64,000 bases of DNA, from assembly GCF_009914755.1 (NCBI RefSeq), contig NC_060931.1. One strand, 5' to 3'. Each line of letters starts with the position of its first letter. Position 1 is the stretch's first letter. Source of the stretch: the human T2T-CHM13v2.0 reference genome, Homo sapiens. Positions 14,927 to 27,984 of this stretch are shown piece after piece. The translations under genes were made by a program, and so were the position numbers. The notes beneath the pieces are model-generated. The model was not told where the DNA came from and did no database searches. It worked only from the letters and a program-made list of their open reading frames with translations.

Positions 14927-15186
14927 TGTATTAGTTTTCTACTGCTGCATGAAGAATTTAAACAGACCTAACAGCTTAAAACAACACCCATTTAATAGCC
15001 CACAGTTCTGAAAGTCGGAAGTCCCAGCACAGCCATGGCATCACTGGGTTCTCGCTCAGGTTCTGCGAAGGCTGCAATCATGGTAATAGTCAGGCTCAGT
15101 TCTTGTCTGGAAAAGACAACAAGTTTGAGAAAAAAATCTGCTTTTCAAGCTCATTCGGGTTGTTGGCAGAATTCAGTTCCTTGCAA
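14927..15186 (-). mobile_element. MLT1-type LTR fragment
   Basis: tgtattagttttctactgctgc...acagcttaaaacaacacccattt...cacagttctg. Confidence 0.7.
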
Positions 15187-15189
15187 CAT

Positions 15190-15672
15190 TGGCCTAGGCA
15201 AATAATTTATGACTAAAACCCCAAAGGAAGTGCAACAAAAACAAGAATAGACAAATGGGCCTTAATTAAACTAAAAAGCTTCTGCACAGTAAAAGAAACA
15301 ATCAACAGAGTAAATAGACAACCTACAGAATGAGAGAAAATATTTGCAAACTACGCATCTGACAAAGGACTAATATCCAGAATCTACAAGGAACTCAAAC
15401 AACTCAACAAGAAAAAAAAAAAACCCATTAAAAAGTGGGCAAAGGACATGAACAGATATTTCTCAAAAAAGACATACAAGTGGCCAACGAACATATGAAA
15501 AAATGCTCAACATCCACTAATTATCAGAGAAATGCACATTAAAACCACAATGAGATACAATCTCACACCAGTCAAAATGGCTATGATTAAAAAGTCAAAA
15601 AACAGCAGATGTTGGTGAGGGTGCAGAGAAAAGGAAACATATATACGTGTTGGTGGGAATGTAAATTCGTGC
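15190..15672 (+). mobile_element. L1 (L1PB/L1MA-like) ORF2 3' fragment
   Basis: aaactaaaaagcttctgcacag...acctacagaatgagagaaaatatttgcaaac...atccagaatctacaaggaactc. Confidence 0.9.
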
Positions 15673-16318
15673 ACAGTGCCTGGTTCAGAAGACACACTTT
15701 ACAGAAAAAAGCTGGCTGAATGTTTATAACGTGTCTGTGTTTGTAGTGTTCAAGTCCTGAGGGCGAGGACCCTAGTGCATTTTCTGCAATCCAGTAATGC
15801 CTGTCCAGTATATGGCAGCCAGTGAGCACTCAACAGGTGCAATCGTTGGGCCACACACTCTTGTTTTAAAATGTGCTTTATCCTCTTGACCTTTTTAGGT
15901 TATGCAATGTGAATTCAAGCTGAATAATACTGAAGCCAGTCTTATGAGGCTCATTTCTAAGAAATATTCAGCTTTACGTAACGCAAATAAAAAATCACAC
16001 ACGCCCTTTGCAAGTGAACATTCATATTAGTGTCTGATAAATGCATTAAGAAGACACATTCCCTTAAATCAATCGGAGAACAGAACTTTGGTTTCTGCAA
16101 AAAGAAAAGCTCCCTTTTCCTTAGATTTTCTCAGCTCCTCCACTGCTAGCCCCAGACAAGGTCCAAGTTATCTGCAGTTCTATGGCCTCCCTTGCATTTA
16201 AATCGCATTTGGGCAAACGCTTCCTGGGCTTTCTAACTCCACAGAAACGCTAACCAGGTATTGGGCGCTCGCACCGCTTCCAGGTAACCCGCGGAGCTGC
16301 GGATTCCAGGCTCGCGCT

Positions 16319-16460
16319 GTGACGTCACCGGGCTCGCAAGCCGCGGCGCGGTCTCAGGCTCCGGTGATTGGCTGGGGCCCATGACGTCACGGCCCGGGGC
16401 GGCACCGCGATGGCCAGGGCCCCGGGATGCTCCGGGTTTGTTTAAAAATAAAGGGGGGGC
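16319..16460. promoter_or_regulatory. Proximal promoter module: two full CRE palindromes flanking an inverted CCAAT box, then a MEF2-type A/T box
   Basis: TGACGTCA at 16320-16327 and 16382-16389; ATTGG at 16367-16371; TTAAAAATAA (fits YTAWWWWTAR) at 16442-16451. Confidence 0.7.
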
Positions 16461-16787
16461 GGGAGCGCCCAGGAAAATCCGGGCGCCCGCGGGGGTGCCG
16501 GCCGCTCCTCCCGCCGCCCCGCGTCCCGGCCCGGCCGCGCCAACCCCCACGGCGGCCCGCAAGGGGGCGGGGGGAGGCGGGGCGGAGGAGGAGCCGCGGG
16601 CGCGGCGCCGCGCTGTCCCCGGCCGCCGCCCGCCCCACTCCGCACCGCATGTAAACAGTCCCAGCCGGCCCAGCCCGGCCCCGGAGGAGCCCGCGCAGGC
16701 CGAGCCGAGCGCCGCGCTGCCCGCCCGGGAGGAGGGCGCCTAGGAGCGGGAGGGCGGGCGGCGGCGGGAGGCGGGCGCGGGGCCGCG

Positions 16788-16949
16788 ATGGATTTCCAGC
16801 AGCTGGCCGACGTTGCGGAGAAATGGTGCTCCAACACGCCCTTCGAGCTCATCGCCACCGAGGAGACCGAACGCAGGATGGATTTCTACGCCGACCCCGG
16901 CGTCTCCTTCTATGTGCTGTGTCCGGACAACGGCTGCGGCGACAATTTT
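16788..16949 (+). CDS. MTURN: Maturin coding exon 1 (MDFQQLADVAEKWCSNTPFELIATEETERRMDFYADPGVSFYVLCPDNGCGDNF, 54 codons)
   Basis: ATG at 16788 in strong context (gccgcgATGg) inside the CpG island. GTGAGT donor at 16950, phase 0. Peptide recognised as the maturin N-terminus. Confidence 0.97.
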
Positions 16950-19764
16950 GTGAGTGCCTGGAGGAGGGACCGCCGGAGCCGGCGGGAGTGTGGACGCGGC
17001 GGTGCGTCCCTGCGCCCGAGCTCCCGCGCGGTGGGCGGCGGTGGGCGCAGAGTGGGGGGCCGTAACCCGCGCCCCGCGCCCCGCGTGCTCCGCCGGGGAA
17101 GCCCCGGGCCGGGCGGTGCGGGCTCCGCTGCCCGGGTGGGGCCCGGTGGGCGGCGGGCAAGGCGCCCGGAGGATCCGGGGAGCCGGGTCGGGGCGGGAGG
17201 TGTGGCGTCCCCCTAAAGGCCACTCCTCTCCCCGCTGCTGCGGGCGCCGTTTCGGGAACCCGACCTCGCGGCCCGTGCGCGGTGCCTGGCATGGAGCATC
17301 CCTGGGGTGTGGGTGTCACCCGCGTCGGACCAGCCGGGTCTGGGGCGCACGGACCCTCCGGCAGGAGCCCAGGTCCGGAGCTTCCCACATCCAGGCGTCC
17401 CGTCCGGGATAGGAATCCCGCTCCCCTCCGGTGCCCAGCCTCGGCTCCTCGCATTGCCCCTCCCGGGAGAACCCCACTCCCCGCCCTCGCGGGTTAGTCC
17501 TTGCACTGCCTGTTTGGACACAAAGCTCTGTCCATACTAGCGATGCCCGATCTCCTGGACCTTCTTTGCGGAATTACACCCCGGATCTTAATACGCACGC
17601 GCGCCTGCGCATACACCCCAACACACACACACACATGCTCACACCCTCACCCTCACACGCGCACACTCACGCGCACACGCGGGCACGCCTCTCCCCCTGC
17701 CCCCGCGCTGCCCTCGCTGCCTCTCTGAGCTGCCCGAGAGGTGTGTGTGGCCCGGGCGGGTTCTCTCCAGCCGAGGCGGTGGCCCTGGCCCTGCTGAAGC
17801 CCGTTGGCTTTTCCAGATGACGGGGAATCCCCTCAGCCCCGGCTCAGAGGGACCGGGAACTGGGACTGCGGTGTCCAAACCTTCCACTTTGAATCCTGCA
17901 CCCACCTGGGATCCCGACTCTGGCAGTTGAGGAAGGGGATGCGGAGGGCAGGGGAGTCGGGGTGGGAGGGGTGGAGTAGGGCGAGCACGGTGCTCATGAA
18001 GTGTTTCCAAGGTCGGGGAATAAATAATGATCCCCAAATGTAAGATGGAGGCGGCCGTGGGCGCGGGTGACCGTGTGGTCGCGGGCCTTGTGGGCGGAGG
18101 TGGGGTGGTGCGGGGCGCGGCCTGGTGCACGCTCCTCAGGTGGGGGAGACAAAGCTGGGCCGTGGTCCTGCCGCCGAGCGCCCTGACCACCTACGGGAAG
18201 TTCGCGAAGGAGTTAGGGAGACTGCAAGACCGCCTTTCTTGGTCCTGGAGAGGTGAAGGCTTATGTATGCCTGGCCGATAAAGCATTCCCTCCGCCCACA
18301 CGCACCCCCTGAGGAGGGCAGGGATCCACCTGGGCATTCCACAAGTGGCACTCCAGAAGAGGGATGGCCTTGTGTGACAGCCAGATTTGAGTTCTGGCTC
18401 TGTGACTGTGCTCAAATACCCACCCTGAGCTCAGTTTCCACATCCAAAAAAATAGGTATAATAATGCCAGCACCCAGGCGTTCATATAGGTAACGCACCG
18501 AATAGTCCCTAACACACAGCAAGAGCCCCACAAATTTGGGGTTAGAGACCTGGGGTTTCCCAGAATTTAGAGCTTGTCTCATTTTTTAAAGAGCCTTGGT
18601 TTTCCCACCTGTAAAATGGGGCTAATCAGAATACCTCCAGAAGAGCCAACTGAACAATAATATTAATGCCTGTAAGCCCATCTTAACTGTAGGTAAAGTA
18701 AGTAAATAAGTGTTCTTTTTGGAAGGAGTGGGAGATCATTAAAAAGGGATTCACTCCATTGCAAAAGTGTGAGAAAGCCCCCAGGATACAGTGGAAAGGG
18801 CACCAGAATCCAGCTGACTGTAAAATGTTAGGGTTTGGCTAGGGTCCCTTCCAGCTCTGGGCTTCCTTCATCTGCCAGCGCCCTTTCTCCCTCCTGACCG
18901 TGTGAAACAGGGCAAGAATGGCTCATGGTTCTGGATTTCACTGGGGAGAAGCCCACACAGCCTTCCTGCTGGGACCGCCCAGGCCATACCCAAAGAAATG
19001 ACTCCAAAGACAGTAAGTGGGCCAGGAAGACAAAAGGCTGTTCTCTTGCCATGAATATGTGTATCCAACCATCGTTCAGAAGTAAGAAGTATTATATTAT
19101 TTGTATCAGGCCTTTCTCTTGAGGCCACCCAGATTTTAAATATTTTCCCATCTGCATGAGAAAAATGCTTGAAAGTGTCATGTAAACTGACAATTTAAAT
19201 AGAATAGATAGAAAGATAGAGGATGGGGGTGGGCAGATGATTCCTTGGGTAGAATGGAACTTTCTCCAAGTTCTGGAGGCTCTAATGGACAAGATGCCAA
19301 CCTCGGGAGTTTTCCTAGCCGGACCTCTTGAATCTGTCCCAGGCCAGGTTTGTCAAGCTACTGTTTGCCTCTAATAAGTGTCCTGCCTTAGTTCTTTTCT
19401 TTTTCCCTGGAAAATGTATTAAGCATTAGACAAAAGTGTGAGATCAATGGAATTTCTATTAGTTGAAGGACTTAGCAATAAGAATGTCTACATGAGCATT
19501 TCTCAATTTACAAAAGTATTTCCACATCATTCATTCATTCATTCAACAAACATTTATTGAGGGTTTACTTTGTGCCAGGCCAGTGCTATCTAGAATACAA
19601 ATAGGGTCTCTGCCTTCATGTTCCTGGGGCAATTTTTACTTGTCTAGGAAGCAGTGTGGTGTGGTGGTTAAGCACACAGGCTGTAGATCAGACTACTTGG
19701 GTTTGCACCTCAGCTCCCCGTATTTGTGTGCCTTGGGAAAGTTATTTAACCCCTCTATGCCATA

Positions 19765-20067
<303 letters not shown>

Positions 20068-20319
20068 TCTATGCCATAGTTTCTACATCTGTAAAATCGG
20101 GATGATAATATTAGTACCTCCTGAGCAGAGTTGTTTGAGAAAGGTATCTAAAGTAGGGGCAGCTTAGATAGTCTAAGCCACTGTCATTTTTCATCGTGTC
20201 TCCTAATTTGTCTCCTTGCTTATAACCTCCACCTCACTCTTACTGTAGTACTGAAGTGGGGGTACTAAATAGATCCAAAATGACTGCTTGGGGAGACTGA
20301 CTCTAAGCCACTGTCTACC

Positions 20320-20820
20320 CAGCAGTCATTTTGGATCTATTTAAAATATAAGCCAGATCATGTCACCACTATCCCCCACCTCAGCTGAATTGACTTCCCA
20401 TCTTTTATAATAAAACCTAAGCCCTTACCCTGGCCCCAAGCCCCCACATGATCTACCTTCCTGCCACACAGACCCTGCTGGTCCTCAGATGTGCCAGGCG
20501 CATTCCTGCCTCAAGGCCTTGGCACTTGCGTTCTGTCTGCCTAGAACCCTCTTGCCCCAGATCTTTCCACGGCTGGCTCCTCGATGCTCCTGAGGCCCAA
20601 GAGAAACCTTCCTGACCACATGTTCTTAGATCTCACCCTCTTTTATTCTTCCCATAGCACTCGTTAGACTTGGCATTCTCTTTTTGGTTTTCTGCCACTG
20701 CCACTAGACTCTAAGCTTCATGAGAGCAGAGGCCTTGTCTGTGTTATCACTGTGTTCTGGCATTTGGAGCAGCATCCATACATGATGGGTGCTCAGTACA
20801 TATCTATAAGGATGAATAAA
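20320..20820 (+). mobile_element. L2 3' fragment
   Basis: gatcatgtcac...gactctaagcttcatgagagcagag...gtgctcagtacatatct...gaataaa. Confidence 0.75.
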
Positions 20821-22045
20821 TTATAGTCTAGTGTAAAAGACATGTCAAATGTCAAGAATTCAGTTTCAAAGAATAATAATAATAGCCATCACTTATGTTC
20901 AGTTTACTATGTAGCAGACGCTGCTCTCGGCACTTTACATATGCCAACTCATTTAACTTTAGTACTCTCACATAATTATATAATCTCTATAATTATCTCT
21001 GTTTTACAGAGGAAGAAACTGAGGCATGGCAAACTTTACTAACTTTTCCACAGTTAATAAGTGGTAGAGCAACTTCAACTATAGCCCTGTGTTTAATGCA
21101 TGGCATCACAGGAGTGACAACATGGGACCCAATCTAGACTGGGTTCAGGGAGTGCTTCTTATTGGGCCTCACAGAAATTCATTGAGGTAGATATTATTAT
21201 TCCCACTTTATAGGCAAAGAAACTGAGGCTCAGGGAGTTTAAGAGATTCATCCAGGACTGTACCACTAAGAAGTGACAGAGCAAGGACTTGAGACCAGAG
21301 GCCTGTCCTCTCCACCATGCAGAACAGCCCACAGGTGGGGTCAGGCCAGTAGTTCCAGGGGCCCATGTTTAGTAAACAGGACGCCTGTTTATTTTTCCTC
21401 CATTTTGGGTCCCTTGCACACTCTTTCTCTGTCTCGCTCCACAGGCCATCCCATCCATGCCGACCCTTTCCAAACTGTCCCTCTACCTGGGACCCCTCTC
21501 TGTGGGCCCCATGATCAGGGCCTGGGGTGAAACAAAGCTGCTAGTGCCCTGTGTGTGGAGGAAATTCAAGGGCATGGCCACCCTGCCTGGCTCTACAGGT
21601 TTGATAAGGGAGGGCTCCTGGCCCTGGTCAGAGGGGTCCAAGGAGTCCTTTCTGCCAACTTGGAAGGTCCTTCGGGGCTTGGTAGGCTTGGAATGGGGTG
21701 TCAGCAGCCACTTGGATGCCAGATAAACAGAGGGGCACTCCTAGGCATGGAGCACCAGCTGCGTTCCTTCCTTGTCTTAGGCCACGAGAAATGAGGTCTC
21801 TGAACAAAGAGCACTGCCCAGCCCATCTGGGGGCCTGGATCCTGATGATTGTGGGAGAGAGGGAGGGATTCATTTCCCAGATTGCCCAGCCTTTCCTGTC
21901 AGCCCAAAGACACGTTGGACTCTAAAATTTTGTATAGTTTAATCCCTCCTCAGCACAAAAACAAAGGTAGTAATCATGATATTATTAAAGAAAAAGGCTT
22001 TATTTATGGCAGGACTGTGATTTAATTTTACATGTGTTTGTAGAG

Positions 22046-22047
<2 letters not shown>

Positions 22048-22098
<51 letters not shown>
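22048..22098. repeat. Compound microsatellite (GT)~15(TA)~11
   Basis: Read directly from the sequence. Confidence 0.95.
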
Positions 22099-22099
<1 letters not shown>

Positions 22100-22719
22100 C
22101 CCCATTTGTGGTCTGAACACATCTTTATTATTAACTATGTGATCAAATAACAGCCTTCTTATTTGGATAAAGAAAATAGAACTTATTTAAATGAGATTGA
22201 GTCCCGCTTATGTGCTGGTATAGTGGAGAGAAAGTACTTTCTTGTTGATTTAAACTCTACCCTGTTTCCTCCTCTGTCAGATAGGGACAGTCATGCCTGT
22301 ATTACATGATTAGTGTGGGGATGAAATGAAGAGCTGTGCATGTGATGTGCTCAGTAGACATAAGGCCATTCCACATTGGCTGTGCCTGTTCATATAGAGA
22401 GGTTATTTCTGGGAAAATGAGAGGTCCTTTGTATATTCTTTGAGTGGTAGTCATGAGGAGAGTAGTTACGTCAGTACAAGCTCAAGTGGATGGGCATAAT
22501 CGCTTATTGGGCCCCTGCTAAATGAGAGTCAGTCTACAGGTTGTCCCCTGAAATCTTTAGATTCCCCCTGTAAATATAATTATTTTCTGTGACTTACAAA
22601 TGAATACACGAGGCTCCGGTTAAACATTGCGCACAGAGCGTAGTTGAAAGGGTGTACACTCCTCCGTTGACATTCTGGCTCTGCCCTTGTTCCCTGTGTG
22701 ACCACAGGCAAGTCACTTA

Positions 22720-23502
<783 letters not shown>

Positions 23503-24164
23503 AGGGATCCATTTTGGATTAAGACACACCAATTCAAAATGGACTCCCTCGGTACCGAGTGGCAGAAAACCCCCACTTCAGTACTCCAGTAAGAGTGAGT
23601 CCCAGAGCAAGGGCCCCAGAGGGAGGAGACACAGGAGTGTGTTCTTACCTCCCCTGCCACCCCCACCCTGCTTAAGCACCAGGAAGTCCAGCTGCATACC
23701 CACCAGGATTTAGAATAGTAGGGGTGCACACATTGTGCTCCCCCAAAAATGTCTGTAGGGTTGGACTACTTTAATGACTGGAGACCACTTTTTGATAAAC
23801 TGGATATTCCGATCTACATTGTACAAAACAGGAAGGTGCTCATTTTCCTATTTGCAGGTGACATAGTTATATTCTCTTAAGCTGGGCAAGCTTTTATGAT
23901 AAACTCTGGCCTGACTTCACAGGAAGAAGGGTCGCAGATGGCCTATACTCAAATCAAAGTGCTTATCGGATTTTCTGTAGGAAAGAGTAGACCACTCAGG
24001 CCAGGTTCGATGACAGCCACTTCACTGCAGCTCAGGCCAACCTGAGATTTGGAGCTGGCTATAGTCAGTAATGGCAATTGCTGTAGTTCTCCCGGAAAGA
24101 TATTTAAATGTCACACCACCCACAACCCCCTTCAAATATGTAGTTAGCCAAAGTTCTGCTGTGC

Positions 24165-24409
24165 CCATGGTTCTCAAAGTGTGGTCCCAGAACCAGCCAC
24201 ATGAGCGTCAGCTGGGAATTTGTTGGAAATACATATTCTCAGCTCACTGAATAGTTCATTAGCTAAATAAACTGATTACCAAGCAGAGGTGGATACATTG
24301 CAATTCTGTCATTGTGTTTGAGTGATACACTTTTCTCAGTTAACTTTGCAATTTAAACTCTGCCCCCCCAGCACGCAACTCTGATCCACACTGAAGCTTG
24401 AGAACCGCT
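24165..24409 (+). mobile_element. MER5A with a replaced interior
   Basis: TGGTTCTCAAAGTGTGGTCCC left end and CTTGAGAACCGCT right end; the centre matches 25481-25588 instead of MER5A. Confidence 0.8.
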
Positions 24410-26913
24410 TCCCTCTACTCCCTGAAGCCTTTCCAGGCATTTCTCCTTTAGTCCAAGGGAGTCCTGCAGGCTGTTGACGCTCTGACTACCGCCTTATTAG
24501 AGAGTCAGTACTTTCCGTACCCAGATTCATGTTTGCCAGGGCGTTGCATTGTTCAGCGCTAGAGGTTCTCTGATTCCTGCTGTAGTTTTTTTCCTGGTCA
24601 AAATGAGTATTTGGTTACACATGCTTAAAATATTTTCCAAGTTGAAGTTACTGTGGCCACGCCCAGTGGCACAGGACTCCGGGCCTTCAGTTGTGCATTT
24701 GTCTTTGTACAGGACTAAATCCTGTTCTCAGGAGCACCAGCCCTGCCCATAGATGGTCTCTCCACTCCGCTTGGTTTTGGAATGGGCCCCTGTATCTTCC
24801 TAAGAGAATAACCGCTCTGCCCCCAACCCCCTGCCTGTTAATTTTCCTGAAGAGCACGTCTGTTTTATCTGTGGACACTACCTCGTGAGATTGATAGTGC
24901 CTCTTTCTTTGCATGGGCTACTTAGAAAGCTTTGCTGGCAAATCTGTGTCCCGTCTGTAGTAAGTAGCCAGGCCCTCATACCTTGCTCTGTTTGTCCTGG
25001 TCTCACTCTTGGATCTTATTTCCCTCCCTTTGTCCTTTTTTTTTTTTTTCCCAATGACAGACTTAATTTTTAGTTCATTTTGTCTTGTATCTCGTGATAC
25101 CTTGCCGGCTGCCTTGATTCATTTTGAAAGGAAGGAATTTAAATGGAACACCTCCTTGTTATGAGATACAATGGATATGAGACAACTAGCATTTAGTAAA
25201 TGATGTCTTTTAAGTGACCGTGTACACCCGAATCTGAGTCCAAACCCCATGCCACTCTATCATGTGGACAAGGATTCAGTTACAACATTTTTTAAACCCC
25301 AAAACCTAACAGAACTGGTAATAGGTGGAGATAGCCAAATGAAGGAAGTTCAGACAGAAGGCCCTTTCGTGGGTATTAAGTCTTCCTTCAACATATAGTC
25401 CTAAATTGCTCTAAAAGGAGAGTAATGGAAATTGTGGTGTGAACAATCTCTTCATGAGGTTAGAAATGCCTTAGAAACACTTAGCTAAATATACTGTCTG
25501 ATTACCAAGCAGTGGTGGCTACACTGCAGTTTATGATTCTGTTATTGTTTGAGTGATATACTTTTCTAAGTTTACTTTGTAATTTAAAGCCCAGATGTAC
25601 TTACTTTTTAACAAAGTAGGTTTACAAGCTTTTCATAGGTGCACCTGCTTCTGAATTAACCGCAACCTGAGTTGCCTCAGGCAGTGCTCTCAGTGAGTCA
25701 CATTGGGTGTCTGATTTACTCATTGTGTGACCATAGCCTTGTGGCAGATGGTAAGCCCACCCCTTCCCCTCTGTCTCCCCCATCCTCCTGCAGATGCAAA
25801 GGGGGAAAGAAGGTACTTAAGTCCACCATTTACTGAATATTCACTGCATGTCAGCTAGGCACTGTGCCAGGTACTTACTCAGCTTTTAACTCTGTCATCT
25901 TCACAAGTCTACAGAGGACAGGCTTCAAGTTTTTGAAATGTGGTGGTAGATGTTAATCCCCTCTTTAACTTGGATAATAATTTGAAATAAGCTGGAACTT
26001 TTACACATTTGAGTATGAAAATGGATGCTGAGCAGAACTTACTAAGTAGAACTTTTGTTGTTCTTCCAGAATCTCCACTGATTAAGAATCAACTGGCATA
26101 ATGGATATACAAGTACTTTGTACCATTACACTTTTGTACAATGGAAGAGACTATTACATAAATGACATTGTGGTGGTTTGACAGCTTTAAGGGTCTCTAA
26201 TTAGTAGGGAAGAGCATTTGAGCTGTTCGCTAAAGCTAGAGAGCCCAGACGTTGTCTTTATTGGGTTGGGGAAGCCTCTAGAGAAGTCTGCTGGCATGAG
26301 AGCAACGTGTGTCGAAAATGGACCTTTGCAACTATGAAACACAGATAATTGGGGTATAAAGATGGTACATTGGCACCTAGTTATTCTCATTTGGATCTGA
26401 GCAGTATTTTAAGTCTGTAGGTCTAGTTCTCAGAAACCCTGCAATGAGAAGAAAGGAGAGGAAATGTGTTTATTGAGTGATAGGGATATGGGGCCAGTGT
26501 GTGCTTGGCATGGACCATGTCTCCACATAAGTCTTCTATCCTGCTATCTGGCCGCTGCATCTTGTTCTTATCTGCCAGATGTCTTTCTTTCTCCCAGACC
26601 TCAATACTTTTTTTTTTTTTTTTTTTTTTTTGCCAGTGTTTAGCCATCCTGGATCCGTCCCCACTAAAGAGTGATTCTTGGTACCTGACATCAGTATCTA
26701 CTCTGATGTTACCCTGGAAGCCCCGTGTCCCTGACTTGCTTAGATATGCAGGGCAGGGTATTCTGCATTAAGAATGCTCAAACCTATTTCTTGGCCTTGT
26801 TCCAGGTCTTTGAACATTTATGAGAGAGGCTTGCCTAGTCTTAAAGATGTGCTAAAATGGATATCCTCACATGGAAAAAAGCCTTACCCAGTCTTCAGAA
26901 AAAATAAAACCTA

Positions 26914-27207
<294 letters not shown>

Positions 27208-27861
27208 CTAAAACCGATCTCCTCTTAGTATGTGTTAGATTGTGAAATGATGCTTCGGTATGATGTCCTTTTAAAGCATTTTAGGGAAGGGAAGTTTTCA
27301 GAAAGCCTTTGTTTTCCAGTGACATAGTGGTGACTTGGTGGGTTCTCTTAAGTTATTTGCATTTGGAAGTAAATTTACCACCACGCCTACTCACAGGCCG
27401 ATCTGGGTAAAGAATGTCTTGTTCCAAGTTAATGCTTACAAACTATGCTTAATTAATCTTTCAGCCGTAGCTGAAAGCAAAGTTAAGGATTTTGAAGGCA
27501 AAGGCTCTGGTTTCTCCTTCCCCATGTCTGAAAACCGCCCTTAGCCTGCACAAGGTGAACAGTGGAAATCATTGGTGAGGAATGGCCACCCACTGCCCTC
27601 TTTACTGTGTAGGAGCAGATCTGATGATGAACAGAGCAGGTGAGGTATGGACCAAAAGCTCGGGGGCTTCTATAGATTAGACATTTTTTCTTCCCTTTCA
27701 ACGCAAACAAATCAAGAACGCATGTATGAATTTTACTGTAGAATGGAGGCCTTCTTCAAATTGATGTTATTAAGAAAATCTGCTTGGCTTTTCTGAACTT
27801 CACACTGAGTGTAGTGACTGTGTGTCTTTGTTTTCTCCTTCCGTCGCCCGTGGGCACGCAG

Positions 27862-27984
27862 CACGTGTGGAGTGAGAGCGAGGACTGCCTGCCTTTCTTG
27901 CAGCTAGCACAGGATTACATCTCCTCCTGCGGCAAGAAGACGCTCCACGAAGTCCTGGAAAAAGTCTTCAAGTCTTTCAGACCT
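27862..27984 (+). CDS. MTURN: Maturin coding exon 2 (HVWSESEDCLPFLQLAQDYISSCGKKTLHEVLEKVFKSFRP, 41 codons)
   Basis: Pyrimidine tract plus CAG acceptor ending at 27861; GTAGGT donor at 27985; 123 nt, phase 0-0; continues the exon 1 frame. Confidence 0.96.

Larger units (their letters stand above)
16240..18250. promoter_or_regulatory. MTURN: CpG island covering the MTURN promoter, exon 1 and start of intron 1
   Basis: Very high GC and CpG density, many GGGCGG boxes, no interspersed repeats. Confidence 0.95.

Noticed and set aside
16233-18533. Many long overlapping Pro/Arg/Gly/Ala-rich ORFs on both strands, including the 142-aa run-on from the MTURN ATG
   Set aside because: Expected from stop-codon depletion in a CpG island; the real exon ends at the GTGAGT donor at 16950.
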